Below, piece after piece: positions 1-9,445 of a stretch of DNA of 64,000 bases. The stretch comes from a virus. Position 1 is the stretch's first letter. Each line of letters starts with the position of its first letter. Both the position numbers and the translations under genes were made by a program. Below the pieces are notes generated by a model that saw nothing but the letters and a program-made list of their open reading frames with translations, made no database searches and had not been told where the DNA came from. The DNA is taken from the IMG/VR virus record IMGVR_UViG_3300048919_000048, positions 64,001 through 128,000 of that record. One strand, 5' to 3'.

Positions 1-1
1 A

Positions 2-124
2 GTGGCTGTCGCAAAAGAGAAGTTCTGGTTGTTTGGGAAGCCGATCAACAAGAAGCTCGATGAAGAGATGGCTGAGTTAAACCGTCTTGTGGCGGAGGTG
101 GATAAGAAGTTTAAGGCCGACTAA
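2..124 (+). CDS. partial hypothetical protein (C-terminus only)
   Basis: Open frame VAVAKEKFWLF...KFKAD ends in TAA overlapping the next ATG. Confidence 0.7.
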   Translation: MAVAKEKFWLFGKPINKKLDEEMAELNRLVAEVDKKFKAD

Positions 125-459
125 TGGCGGTCCTTAACTTCTACCACCTGAGTAAAGTAATCCCGGAGAATGCTGTATACATAGGCCGCAGGATGCCCCA
201 CTTCGGGCTACAGCAGTCTAAGTTTGCAAACCCCTTCAAGCTGTCGAAAGAAGAGCCAAGAGGGGCCACAATTGAGCGCTATCGTGTTTGGCTGTGGGAA
301 CAGATTCGTTCCGGGAAAATTACCATTGAAGATCTTCTTGCTTTGGAAGGTAAAGATCTGGTATGCTTCTGTCATCCCCAACCATGTCACGGAGACGTTA
401 TCGAAGCGGCTGTGAAATGGGCGAGGGGAGTTTACGATAAGAGGAGAGGAAATGTTTGA
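124..459 (+). CDS. DUF4326-family protein
   Basis: YIGR...SKFANPF...LEGKDLVCFCHPQPCHGDVI motifs. Confidence 0.8.
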   Translation: MAVLNFYHLSKVIPENAVYIGRRMPHFGLQQSKFANPFKLSKEEPRGATIERYRVWLWEQIRSGKITIEDLLALEGKDLVCFCHPQPCHGDVIEAAVKWARGVYDKRRGNV

Positions 460-667
460 AATTTTCTGTGAGTGGGACATCGGTCAAGAAGGCTTGCTGT
501 TCACCTCTGAAAAAGCCGCCAACAACTGGATGCTGGAGAATGAAAACCTGGCAGACTGTTTTGAAGATGGTCTTACCGGACAGGTGGGTATTGATGACCT
601 GACCGCCGCTGGCCTTCTGGGCACCAATTTACTGACCGTTCTCAACGAGGAAGGAGAGAAAGTATGA
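452..667 (+). CDS. hypothetical protein
   Basis: GAGGAG RBS, coupled to neighbours. Confidence 0.75.
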   Translation: MFEIFCEWDIGQEGLLFTSEKAANNWMLENENLADCFEDGLTGQVGIDDLTAAGLLGTNLLTVLNEEGEKV

Positions 668-1410
668 TCAAGAAGTTTGTAGCGTGGGTAAAGGCCCTGT
701 TCGCCCCAGCGAAGATCGATGATGTAAAGGTTGATGAATACATCGCCAAGCAGTCCCGTCGTACCCACGACGAGTCTGACGTGGTTCTGAAGGCGACGGT
801 GAAAGGTGATGAGGTTACCTTCACGAAACCTCAGACCGTTAACCAGGTTCGCTTCACCAAGCCAGAAACTCGTCCTCTGGATGATCAACTGAATGATAAT
901 CAAGTTGTGGTCGCTGTGGATCTGGCAGAACAAACCAAGCGTGTGGTGACGGTAGAGGCCCGCAGTACCGTTCGTGAGATCCCGGTGCATAAGACCCCAC
1001 CTAAACCTCTGAACGAACAGCTTAAAGGTGTGGAACTGCCAGCGTATGCGAAGGGTAAGACCCTGCCGCCGAAGGCGAAGCGTGAGTACATCAAGCGTGC
1101 TGGCTCTCCGGCCCCGGCCCGTCGCCTGGATGACACCCCGCACAGCACAGGTGGTCATGTTGCCTCCCACGGCATTGATCCAGTGAACGCCGCGCTGTAC
1201 GGTTATGCAGCAGCAACGATCCTAAGCGACGACACCCCGGCGGCGCAGCCTGCCCCGGTGGAAGAGTGCCGCAGTTCCGCTGCGACCTCTACGTACAGTT
1301 CGAGCTACTCGTCCTATGACGACAGTTCAAGCTACAGCAGCAGTTCGAGTAGCAGTTCCTACGACTCCAGTTCGTATGACAGTGGCTCCAGCTACTCATC
1401 CTGTGACTAA
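664..1410 (+). CDS. hypothetical protein with Ser/Tyr/Asp-rich tail
   Basis: AGGAG RBS; tail SSSYDSGSSYSSCD. Confidence 0.8.
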   Translation: MIKKFVAWVKALFAPAKIDDVKVDEYIAKQSRRTHDESDVVLKATVKGDEVTFTKPQTVNQVRFTKPETRPLDDQLNDNQVVVAVDLAEQTKRVVTVEARSTVREIPVHKTPPKPLNEQLKGVELPAYAKGKTLPPKAKREYIKRAGSPAPARRLDDTPHSTGGHVASHGIDPVNAALYGYAAATILSDDTPAAQPAPVEECRSSAATSTYSSSYSSYDDSSSYSSSSSSSSYDSSSYDSGSSYSSCD

Positions 1411-1418
1411 GTAATATC

Positions 1419-1436
1419 CGGGGGCTTCGGCCCCCG
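1419..1436 (+). terminator. GC hairpin with cTTCGg loop
   Basis: CGGGGGC TTCG GCCCCCG; weak U-tract. Confidence 0.55.
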
Positions 1437-1473
1437 TTCAGTGGAATAACGTTTTACCTTGAGGAGTGATGAA

Positions 1474-1896
1474 ATGAGCAATACAAGAAAAGTTTACCCG
1501 GCAAAACCACCACGTGTTGATAAAAAGGCCCCTCGTTACGGGGACCCGGAGTTCCCAAAAGTGACACCAGAGGAGCTTGCAAAGGCCCGTGAGGTGTTCT
1601 GGGATATCTTCATGGTCAAGCATGACAGTGACTGCTTCAATGATTTCGCAATCGCCATCGGCGGGGACCGTAATCGAGCCAAACAACTCTATTACTTCAT
1701 CCTGTTCCAGAAGGGATTTATGCAGAACCAACAGGCCCGTGAGCGTAAGGTTCGCGGTAAGCTTGCTGTCCGGATCAAGAAGTACACCGAGTTTCTTGAA
1801 AACCCTGAGACGATCTATCAGATCTTGGCCCGTGCAGAGGACGAAGTTGACAAGGAAGAAGAACAGGGACGTCAGGTAGGAGAAACAAAATGTTGA
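1474..1896 (+). CDS. hypothetical protein
   Basis: GAGGAG RBS before ATG 1474. Confidence 0.75.
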   Translation: MSNTRKVYPAKPPRVDKKAPRYGDPEFPKVTPEELAKAREVFWDIFMVKHDSDCFNDFAIAIGGDRNRAKQLYYFILFQKGFMQNQQARERKVRGKLAVRIKKYTEFLENPETIYQILARAEDEVDKEEEQGRQVGETKC

Positions 1897-2042
1897 TAGC
1901 ACCGGAAACTTTTGTTATATTGTTCATATTGGTTGCCATGGCGGGTTCCCGGTTCTACTATTGGACGGTGGCATCATCTTTGGCGTATATCTTGGGGATC
2001 ATGATCTCCACAGAAATTTCTAAATTTGCGGGGTGGATGTGA
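1890..2042 (+). CDS. small membrane protein (50 aa, not in ORF track)
   Basis: AGGAG RBS; MLIAPETFVILFILVAMAG...FAGWM, hydrophobic. Confidence 0.6.
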   Translation: MLIAPETFVILFILVAMAGSRFYYWTVASSLAYILGIMISTEISKFAGWM

Positions 2043-2323
2043 AGAAATTAATTCTACTGGCAGCGTTGGCACTCGCAGGTTGTGATAAGCCGGATCGTTA
2101 TGACACATTACCGACTCTCTTGCCGGAACAGGTTGTTGAACTCCACAAGGCTTGTCAGACCCAGCCCGATTTCAAGTCGAGCCGGGTTATTGTGAGAGAC
2201 TCGTCGGCGCGAGCCGTAATCTGCCGATATCAGGACAAGCAGCCCGGCAGCGGCGGTGGTCCTGCCACTTACGAGGTTGATGCAAAGATTCTTCAGCTTA
2301 AAATTCAGGAGGGTTTGAAATGA
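2039..2323 (+). CDS. lipoprotein
   Basis: MKKLILLAALALAGC lipobox (GTG start). Confidence 0.75.
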   Translation: MKKLILLAALALAGCDKPDRYDTLPTLLPEQVVELHKACQTQPDFKSSRVIVRDSSARAVICRYQDKQPGSGGGPATYEVDAKILQLKIQEGLK

Positions 2324-2637
2324 TTGATTTTGTATGGACCGTCTTTATGGCAGGGGCTTGGCTGTCCGTCCTTATCTGGATGGTGCCAACAATCATCGCC
2401 TACAAACGTGATCACCGAAACAAAGTGGTGATCTTCGTAATGTCGGTGGTGATTTCAATGCTGCCGACATTGGTCTTCGTCGGCCTCGGCTGGGTGATGC
2501 TTCTGGCTTTCTCCCTGTACAAATCCCCGGAGGTCGTCGTTGTCCAAGGTCCTCGTGGGGAACCGGGTCCACCTGGTAAAGATGCTGATGAGATCCCTCT
2601 GTCGGCGGCAGGTGTTGTAAAACCTCGAAGGGAGTAA
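2320..2637 (+). CDS. imm: superinfection immunity (T4 Imm-like) membrane protein with short collagen motif
   Basis: PTIIAYKRDHRNKVVIFV..V..W motif, TM helices, GPRGEPGPPGKD. Confidence 0.7.
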   Translation: MIDFVWTVFMAGAWLSVLIWMVPTIIAYKRDHRNKVVIFVMSVVISMLPTLVFVGLGWVMLLAFSLYKSPEVVVVQGPRGEPGPPGKDADEIPLSAAGVVKPRRE

Positions 2638-2638
2638 C

Positions 2639-3280
2639 ATGAACGAGATCCTTATTATTGGGGGCCAGAAGAAACGGAATGTAATTTTGGAAGTGGATGC
2701 AACCAGGCAGTCCTTGGGTGCTACGACCCTGACAGACTGGACCGGGAACAATGTGTTCTCTCTGGTCGGCACAGGGGCCAAAATTGCAGACGTAACTGGA
2801 ATCGGTCGGGTAATGGACTTCACTGTTGGGTCGTCCTTCTTCCAGACAGGACTCCCCGTTGATCTTTCAACGGAACCAATGATTATCGACATCATCTTCC
2901 AAAGCATTAACTCCTCAGCTACCCAGATGGTCTGGTGTACCGGGGATTATTCAAGCCGTATTGTTGCTGGGCTTGGTCATTATGCAATGGTGGGTGTCGG
3001 CAGTCACCAGCTTTTCCCAACGGATGCAGCGGGTAACTTTGTCCGCTGTTCAATAAACGGTACGGTCAGTCAGGTATTTGACCTGACGATCCAAACTGAT
3101 CCGGTTGCTAAAACACTCCGGGTCAAGAATAACACGTCGGGTTTGATTCAGAACTTCAACGTTCCGTTCTGGTTTGGTGCCGGGGAAAGACTTTCAGTAG
3201 GCGGAAGCTACGTAAGCGGCGTGGGGTCTGGATTGCTGAGAGGCTACGTTAAGAAGCTGGTTGTTTCAAAAGTAAGTTGA
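2639..3280 (+). CDS. beta-rich lectin/LamG-like protein, putative fibre tip
   Basis: Beta-rich composition; N-terminal MNEILIIGG shared with 39027-39689. Confidence 0.55.
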   Translation: MNEILIIGGQKKRNVILEVDATRQSLGATTLTDWTGNNVFSLVGTGAKIADVTGIGRVMDFTVGSSFFQTGLPVDLSTEPMIIDIIFQSINSSATQMVWCTGDYSSRIVAGLGHYAMVGVGSHQLFPTDAAGNFVRCSINGTVSQVFDLTIQTDPVAKTLRVKNNTSGLIQNFNVPFWFGAGERLSVGGSYVSGVGSGLLRGYVKKLVVSKVS

Positions 3281-3310
3281 TTTAAAACCGGGGCCATGTA
3301 TAATGGCCCC
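3277..3310 (+). promoter_or_regulatory. sigma70-like promoter with -10 inside a palindrome
   Basis: TTGATT-16-TATAAT; GGGGCCAT-GTATA-ATGGCCCC; 23-mer repeated at 51751. Confidence 0.7.
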
Positions 3311-3335
3311 ACATTAAACAGACGAGGAAGATAAG

Positions 3336-3710
3336 ATGAGCATTTTCGATAACACCTTTGTTGAGCCGGGCTGGGTTTGTGTTCAGGCACAGAAGAACAT
3401 TACTCGCTCCGAGGAATACAAATACGTTAACCTTAACCTAATCTACGAACTGGACCAGCGTCAGGTTGAAGTAGGGGCGTCATACGCCATCAACGTCGGC
3501 GGTCAGGTGTCTCGTGAGGTTCCGGTTAAGATGCTCATCAAGATGTACAGCCTGTCTGGTGATGTAACGGAAGAACCTGAAGTCCTCTTCAAACGTTCAC
3601 TGAGGGCATATCGCCCGGATCAGATGACGGAGGAGATGATCAAGGACATTAATGCTGCAAACTTGATGTTTGACAAAGCAGACAAAGAGGTGCAGCGAGT
3701 CTATCTGTAA
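3336..3710 (+). CDS. hypothetical protein
   Basis: ORF with GAGG RBS after promoter. Confidence 0.75.
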   Translation: MSIFDNTFVEPGWVCVQAQKNITRSEEYKYVNLNLIYELDQRQVEVGASYAINVGGQVSREVPVKMLIKMYSLSGDVTEEPEVLFKRSLRAYRPDQMTEEMIKDINAANLMFDKADKEVQRVYL

Positions 3711-3719
3711 GGAGAGAGA

Positions 3720-3905
3720 ATGAACAAATTACTGGCAGGTTTAGGTCTGGGATATTTGGCAGTTGTGATCGCGGCGTTTGCAGCTTGGGTCACCCACGTT
3801 GTGGTGTGTATCAAGACGGCATCTTGGCTGTTCCTGATCGCAGGCGCTATCCTGGCCCCGATCGGTGTTATCCACGGTATTGGCGTGTGGTTCGGCATCT
3901 TCTAA
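3720..3905 (+). CDS. small two-TM membrane protein
   Basis: AGGAG RBS, hydrophobic. Confidence 0.75.
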   Translation: MNKLLAGLGLGYLAVVIAAFAAWVTHVVVCIKTASWLFLIAGAILAPIGVIHGIGVWFGIF

Positions 3906-3984
3906 GTTGCAAATCGCAGTAAATGTGGTAACCTGTTGTTCTGGCCTCGTTCTGGGGCCTTGTTTATCCTCGAAGGAGAAGTGA

Positions 3985-5253
3985 ATGTCTGAAGTCAAAG
4001 TAATTACTGCCGTCTATGATGCCATCAACGATGTTAACGTCCACATCGCAACTGGGTCCATTGAGCGTATCGCCATCAAACGTATCAATGCCGACGGCAG
4101 TCCTAAGGTGACCAACATCACCAAGGGTCCAAGCGCTGGTAAATCCATCGTGGCGACCCACCGCGCTTCCATTCTGCTGAAAAATGGTGAAGACCAAGAG
4201 TGGATCAGCTTCGGCACCCACGAAGTCAAAAACCTGAAGTACGAAAACCAGTACCAGATTAAGGTCGATGACAAATGGACCGATCTGAAAGAAGGTATGG
4301 TTATCCGTGTTCCGGTTCAGATCCGTAAGTGGACCGATGCAGAAGGTAAAGAACGTTCCGGTGCGGAAGGTAAAAAGGCGAAGATCAAAATCACCGATGC
4401 TTCTGGCGCTCGTGAACCTCGTCAGGCAAACAACGCAGGAAGCTCTCAGGCGTCCTCTACGGCGTCCAATAGCTCTGGTGGCAAAACCACTAAGGTTTAC
4501 GGAGAAATCCTCTCTCTGAGCGATACAGGTGCTGTGGTGAAGGATGAGAACGGTAATGAGGTCTCCGTTGTCCTGACCAAAGAGCAGATCGGTCAAGTTC
4601 AGGCAGGTGGTCGCTTGGCAGGCCAGCGTGGCGAAGACGGTTCCATCGTGTCCGGTTTCAAAGCATACGGCCCGAAAGGTTCGGCCCCGGCGGGTGGTAG
4701 CCGATCCGGCGGTAAGAAAGATAACTCCGGTATGGAAACAGGTCATGCACTTAACGGTGCCCTTAACCTGCGCCGTAGCGGCCTGACTATCCCTCCGGTT
4801 GTTGAGGTAGCCAAAGTTGTTCATGATGTTACCAAACATCTGAAACTGGATGCGGCGAACAATCCGGCAAACAAAGGTATGTCTGATTACGATCTGGGCG
4901 CGATGGTTGGTCACGCTGTTCTGAACGCAACCCGAGATATTCAGGTTGGTGAAAATGACAATCCGGAAGAGATCACTGGTAAACTGCTGGCATATGCCCG
5001 TGGCCTTATGAGTGAAGTTGTCCCGGGTGTGTCTGCCTACGTTAAAGGTGAACAGCCAAACAACTTGGAGCAGACTGCACAGTCTCAACCAGACCCTAAA
5101 CTGGAGCCAAAAACTGAACCCCAGCAGACGGCCCCAGCAGTAAACGACAACGGTCACCTCGATATGTCTCCTCCGGACATTGATTTCGATGATGACATTC
5201 CGTTTGCCCCGATTTGCCTGATGTATCCTAATCATGCAATCTATGCCTTGTAA
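3985..5253 (+). CDS. putative single-stranded DNA-binding protein
   Basis: Beta-rich domains, low-complexity linkers, PPDIDFDDDIPF SSB-like acidic motif. Confidence 0.6.
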   Translation: MSEVKVITAVYDAINDVNVHIATGSIERIAIKRINADGSPKVTNITKGPSAGKSIVATHRASILLKNGEDQEWISFGTHEVKNLKYENQYQIKVDDKWTDLKEGMVIRVPVQIRKWTDAEGKERSGAEGKKAKIKITDASGAREPRQANNAGSSQASSTASNSSGGKTTKVYGEILSLSDTGAVVKDENGNEVSVVLTKEQIGQVQAGGRLAGQRGEDGSIVSGFKAYGPKGSAPAGGSRSGGKKDNSGMETGHALNGALNLRRSGLTIPPVVEVAKVVHDVTKHLKLDAANNPANKGMSDYDLGAMVGHAVLNATRDIQVGENDNPEEITGKLLAYARGLMSEVVPGVSAYVKGEQPNNLEQTAQSQPDPKLEPKTEPQQTAPAVNDNGHLDMSPPDIDFDDDIPFAPICLMYPNHAIYAL

Positions 5254-5719
5254 GATTTGTTTTAAGTGCGGGGCTGAAAAGCCCCTCACCGAATTCTATA
5301 AGCATAAAGGCATGGCTGACGGACATCTTAACAAGTGCAAGACCTGTACAAAGAAGGATGTCAGCGAGAACAGGGAAGATAAAGGAGAGTATTACAAGGA
5401 ATACGAAAAATCCCGTAATAAACTCCCGCATCGTGTTCAGGCCAGAAAGGATTATGCCCGAACTGAGGTCGGTGCTAAAAGTATCCAAAAGGCAAAGGAT
5501 TCCTATATCAAAAGGAACCCTAAAATCCGTGCGGCGCATATTGCTGTGGGGAATGCTGTCCGCGATGGTAAGTTGACAAGGGCGTCGTATTGCGATGTGT
5601 GCCGGGAGAATCTATTCACCGAGGCGCATCACTGCGATTACAACAAACCCCTTGAGGTGATGTGGTTGTGCGACAGATGCCATAAGGATTGGCACTTGAA
5701 CAATGACCCGATTTATTGA
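5234..5719 (+). CDS. HNH-type endonuclease
   Basis: CFKC..CKTC Zn site; HHCDYNKPLEVMWLCDRCHKDWH. Confidence 0.75.
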   Translation: MQSMPCKICFKCGAEKPLTEFYKHKGMADGHLNKCKTCTKKDVSENREDKGEYYKEYEKSRNKLPHRVQARKDYARTEVGAKSIQKAKDSYIKRNPKIRAAHIAVGNAVRDGKLTRASYCDVCRENLFTEAHHCDYNKPLEVMWLCDRCHKDWHLNNDPIY

Positions 5720-5725
5720 AAAAGA

Positions 5726-5753
5726 AAAAGGCACCCAATCGGGTGCCTTTTTT
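5726..5753. terminator. bidirectional intrinsic terminator
   Basis: A-tract GGCACCC AATC GGGTGCC T-tract between convergent genes. Confidence 0.85.
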
Positions 5754-5754
5754 A

Positions 5755-6921
5755 TTATACGTTGAACTCAGAAATGTTCTTGAACTTAGGTGAGTCATAA
5801 TGACCTTGGTTGATATCCGCCGTCCCGGTAAAGAACAGGTTGTTATCATAGACCATGAAATGACCGCCGTTCGGGGAACCAAGAGCGCCACCGTCAGGAT
5901 GAATGGTGATCTGATTGATCTTGGTTACATCCCATTCCCCTTGGAACATGAATGTCGGCTCCATCGGGGTGGTGTTTACAAGACCATCCGGTGTACCCTG
6001 AGGTCCGGTCCCATAGCCATACAATTTACCATCAACAGAGAAGAAGTTCGCAAAGTAACCCGTCGGCACCATGTAGCTGGTGAACCCCGCTCCGAATTTG
6101 GTTGTCTCCTTCCCGTAAGCTGAGTTACTCAATACCCCGATAGAGTAGATCATCTTGGTGGTAGGATCAGACGACATATACCCAATGAAGATCGTCAGTT
6201 CACCAAAGCAGATCATGTCCTCGATGAAAAATCCGGCGGGGGTGTTGATGAGGCGGAAGTTCGGTGATACGTCGGTGCTGCCATTGCCCAATACGTTACC
6301 AGGGAGTCCAGCAGCGTATGCAAGGCCCGTTGCGGAGTTCAGGTATACAGTACGAGACTCGATCACAGAAACACGCTTGACGGTGTTCTGGATGATTGTC
6401 GGGGTGGCATAGGATGTTGTCAGGCTACCCTTCCCCATACAGCCGTTGGCATTGATACCAGAACCAAACATACGCCCATCATTAAGTAGCCACATGGTGG
6501 CCCCAGGACCTCCGTGAACATCCTTGATCGTCGTCATGTCCAAAGTGGAGGTGATGGTGGATGGCAAGGCTGTCCAGTTAGGGACGTCAGATCCGATCCC
6601 CGTCAGCCCCGGCTGATAACCTGCAAATTTCCAAGCTCCTCCGTTATCCTCCGTCACAAAGCATTGACTCGCCCCGAAAACACGTTTAATGTTGGTAGCT
6701 GTCTTGTACCAAGTGTTATTGTTTGGTGTCAGGGTTCCATCACCAAGCTCCCCGTGGAGATTGTCGCCTTGAGTGTAGAGATCGCCATTGGTCAGCAGTA
6801 CGGCTACCGATTTTTTGTATCCATTGGTGACGTACCAAGTCGAAGCCACAGATTTTACAATGCCCGGCGGAAGCGGCAACTTCTTACCACCAGTTAGTGT
6901 CAGTGCAGGAATAGGGAACAT
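5755..6921 (-). CDS. RCC1/BLIP-II-like beta-propeller, putative tail fibre tip
   Basis: GDNLHGELGDG and GINANGCMGKG repeats; follows fibre gene; N-terminus MFPIPALTLTGG. Confidence 0.65.
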   Translation of the reverse strand: MFPIPALTLTGGKKLPLPPGIVKSVASTWYVTNGYKKSVAVLLTNGDLYTQGDNLHGELGDGTLTPNNNTWYKTATNIKRVFGASQCFVTEDNGGAWKFAGYQPGLTGIGSDVPNWTALPSTITSTLDMTTIKDVHGGPGATMWLLNDGRMFGSGINANGCMGKGSLTTSYATPTIIQNTVKRVSVIESRTVYLNSATGLAYAAGLPGNVLGNGSTDVSPNFRLINTPAGFFIEDMICFGELTIFIGYMSSDPTTKMIYSIGVLSNSAYGKETTKFGAGFTSYMVPTGYFANFFSVDGKLYGYGTGPQGTPDGLVNTTPMEPTFMFQGEWDVTKINQITIHPDGGALGSPNGGHFMVYDNNLFFTGTADINQGHYDSPKFKNISEFNV

Positions 6922-6930
6922 AAAACCTCC

Positions 6931-6956
6931 AAAAAGAAAGCCGCCCGGAGGCGGCT
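6931..6956 (-). terminator. intrinsic terminator
   Basis: GC hairpin with T-tract on the minus strand. Confidence 0.75.
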
Positions 6957-6959
6957 GTA

Positions 6960-8687
6960 TTATCTGCGGCTGGTAATGACGGTGTCAATGACCTGGTCTT
7001 TACCACGATACAGCAGTTGAACGATAGTGGTCCCGCTTGCAGATGTGTCGAAATCACCGTCGCCGATCTTGACGAATTCCGGGCTGAACGTAACAGTACG
7101 GCCCCCGGTTGTGTCCTGAGTGAAGTACATCAGGATTGTGCCGCCAACGCCCCCGGTAAACAACCCGACAGGAGGCTTGACAAGGACGTTGCGATCAACG
7201 AGAATATCATAAAGGCTTGACGTGCCATCTGGGGTAAACTCAGAGCTTGTCAGGGCGATCAGTTTTGGTGGGATGTTGAAGAGGTCTGAGGTGACCTTAT
7301 CAAATTCCGCCGTCGTCCCGGTTGTTGCTCCGGTCACTGTCATACTCGTCGTTGTCACAGAGTGAGGGAGAATGTCCTTCCCATCAACAGACAGGTCGAT
7401 ACCTGTAACCGTACCAGTGACCACAAGATCCTTGACGGTAGTGGTTCCACCAACGGAGATGTTGCGAGTTACTGTTGCGTCAACACCCACGGTCAGGTTT
7501 GTGCCGACGTTAACTTCATTGTTTGTCACAACAGAGTTAGGGCGGATATCTTTACCATCGACATTGACGTCAAGTCCAGTAACCGTTCCGGTAATAACAA
7601 GGTCTTTGACCGTCGTCGTCCCGGTTGCGGTGATGTTCTTGCTGTTGACGAATTCAGATGCCGTAACAGAACGAGGGCGGATATCCTGACCATCGACGTT
7701 GGCAACAAAACCTTCAAGGTTGTTAACACGAAGGGTTCCGATTTCAGCAATACCATCAACAATCAGTTGTGGCTTCGGATCGTTAACCGGATCGCTGGTT
7801 GTACCTGACAGGTGCAGGTAATCACCCGCCGCATTCCCTTTCAGGTCTACAGACACGCCCCCGTTGTTAATGTCCCCAGCCGTCAACGTAGTGAAGTTTG
7901 CCACATCGGTACGGATTGTCCCAGTGGAAATCTCAAACGGCGTCAGGCTTGTCTTACGGGTGATCCCAACAGGGAACGGGGCCGTGGTGGTGAAGTTAAC
8001 ATAAGATGCAGAAGATGGCAACTCAATTTGACGAACACGCAGCAGGGCGTTGAGTGCGTCGATAGCTGACCCTGTGCTGGTGATCTTGCCAGTGACATCA
8101 AGATCTTTCGTAGTCGTTTTGTTGCGGACGTTGATGTTCTCAAAATCACTGTCACTCCCGATCTCGCCGATCTGCTGGCGAAGGACATCCAGTTCCGTTT
8201 GCACCCACTGGGTGTTAGGGATGGTCTGGGAGTTATCGCCCGCCGCCGGGGTAGGTGTGCGGGGGTTACCCCGGAAGTTCGGAGACTGGATCGGGGCGTA
8301 GATGTCCGCCATATTGGTTCGGTCAAGGAAGACTTTGAACTTTTTGTTGTTGGCAGGGTCATCCGTCATCACCGCTGGGTTTGACGTTGTCGCCGAAGGT
8401 GCATACCACCAAGCGGTCAGGCCGTTACTGTCGGTGAAGGTATAAAGCTGGTTGTACTCGGTGACGGAGCCACCATTGCGCCATGGCAACGGCGGGGTCT
8501 TGAAGTACAGGTTGTCCAAAAGTGCTTTACGGACAGAGGGGATTAGGCTACCATCTTCAGTTGTGGCCTGAGCAGTGCCATCCCCGTTGACTACGATGTG
8601 GAGGCGCTTGGAGTCCTCGATGATCTGATCAACAGCCTGATCAGCCTCAGAACTCAGCAACGCGATGATGTCAGTATTTGATGACAC
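6960..8687 (-). CDS. tail fibre protein
   Basis: Tail-spike-like N-terminus, PRTPTPAAGDNSQTIPNT fibre repeat, three VDGxDIxPxSV repeats, C-terminal TQDTTGGRTVTF domain. Confidence 0.8.
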   Translation of the reverse strand: MSSNTDIIALLSSEADQAVDQIIEDSKRLHIVVNGDGTAQATTEDGSLIPSVRKALLDNLYFKTPPLPWRNGGSVTEYNQLYTFTDSNGLTAWWYAPSATTSNPAVMTDDPANNKKFKVFLDRTNMADIYAPIQSPNFRGNPRTPTPAAGDNSQTIPNTQWVQTELDVLRQQIGEIGSDSDFENINVRNKTTTKDLDVTGKITSTGSAIDALNALLRVRQIELPSSASYVNFTTTAPFPVGITRKTSLTPFEISTGTIRTDVANFTTLTAGDINNGGVSVDLKGNAAGDYLHLSGTTSDPVNDPKPQLIVDGIAEIGTLRVNNLEGFVANVDGQDIRPRSVTASEFVNSKNITATGTTTVKDLVITGTVTGLDVNVDGKDIRPNSVVTNNEVNVGTNLTVGVDATVTRNISVGGTTTVKDLVVTGTVTGIDLSVDGKDILPHSVTTTSMTVTGATTGTTAEFDKVTSDLFNIPPKLIALTSSEFTPDGTSSLYDILVDRNVLVKPPVGLFTGGVGGTILMYFTQDTTGGRTVTFSPEFVKIGDGDFDTSASGTTIVQLLYRGKDQVIDTVITSRR

Positions 8688-8699
8688 GAGAATCTCCTC

Positions 8700-8963
8700 T
8701 TACTTTGAATCTTCGTTGTTGGAAACTTCAGCCTCTTTCTTGGCAATACCCCAGCGAAGATTGATGAGGTCACTCAGAAGGTGCGGTGCTACTACGGTAG
8801 GGGCATACACCCAAACGTACCACTCTGGGAGAGTGTTGCTGAAGCCGTACCAGAGGAAAACTGCCGTCATAGCCGCCATGCCGATGTTTGACCAAAACTT
8901 TGTGTGAGAAGCTTTGTCAGGTTCAATCGGGGAGGTTACGAGGTCTTTCAAGAATTTTAGCAT
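8700..8963 (-). CDS. holin-like two-TM protein
   Basis: Two hydrophobic helices, charged C-terminus. Confidence 0.5.
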   Translation of the reverse strand: MLKFLKDLVTSPIEPDKASHTKFWSNIGMAAMTAVFLWYGFSNTLPEWYVWVYAPTVVAPHLLSDLINLRWGIAKKEAEVSNNEDSK

Positions 8964-8986
8964 AGAACACCTTCATTATCAATGCG

Positions 8987-9445
8987 TCACACCAGATGGG
9001 CAACAAGGACAAATGCCAGAACTGAACCCGTTCTGAGCCATTCGGATACGGTATTGTCCTTCCAGGAGTAAACGAAGATGAATACCTCAATGAAGTATCT
9101 ATGAGCATCCTGTACTGCGAAGGAGTAGATCCAATCTGGGAAAAAGATCGGGTATTGGATTGCGAATACTTGTACCAGCATCATAGGCACTGCCAAAGTC
9201 AAAATGGCGATTTGACGATACCCTCGGACAAAGAGTGCCACGGTAAATAAAAGTATTGAATCCAATGCCCAAGCTGTGGTAAAGTACAGCGTAATGTCGA
9301 AGAACTCGGCCCCGCTGAAAAACCAAAACATCAGGTTTTCAAGAACAAGGTAGGCGAGGCATAGCCCCGCCATTACCTTGGCCCCGGCATCCGGGCGGGT
9401 TGCCAGGATGACGAAGCAGAGTCCAAAGATAATGGACGTGATCAT
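8987..9445 (-). CDS. multi-pass membrane protein
   Basis: Several hydrophobic segments. Confidence 0.75.
   Translation of the reverse strand: MITSIIFGLCFVILATRPDAGAKVMAGLCLAYLVLENLMFWFFSGAEFFDITLYFTTAWALDSILLFTVALFVRGYRQIAILTLAVPMMLVQVFAIQYPIFFPDWIYSFAVQDAHRYFIEVFIFVYSWKDNTVSEWLRTGSVLAFVLVAHLV

Noticed and set aside
1893-1921. TTGATA-17-TATATT promoter
   Set aside because: Inside the probable 1890-2042 CDS; cannot be separated from chance
3964-5289. 441-aa minus-strand ORF and similar long antisense ORFs (e.g. 11028-11966, 29439-30347, 36639-37679)
   Set aside because: Shadows of well-supported genes on the opposite strand; no RBS or motifs
5234-5719. HNH as part of a group I intron
   Set aside because: Free-standing, followed by a terminator; no interrupted host gene evident
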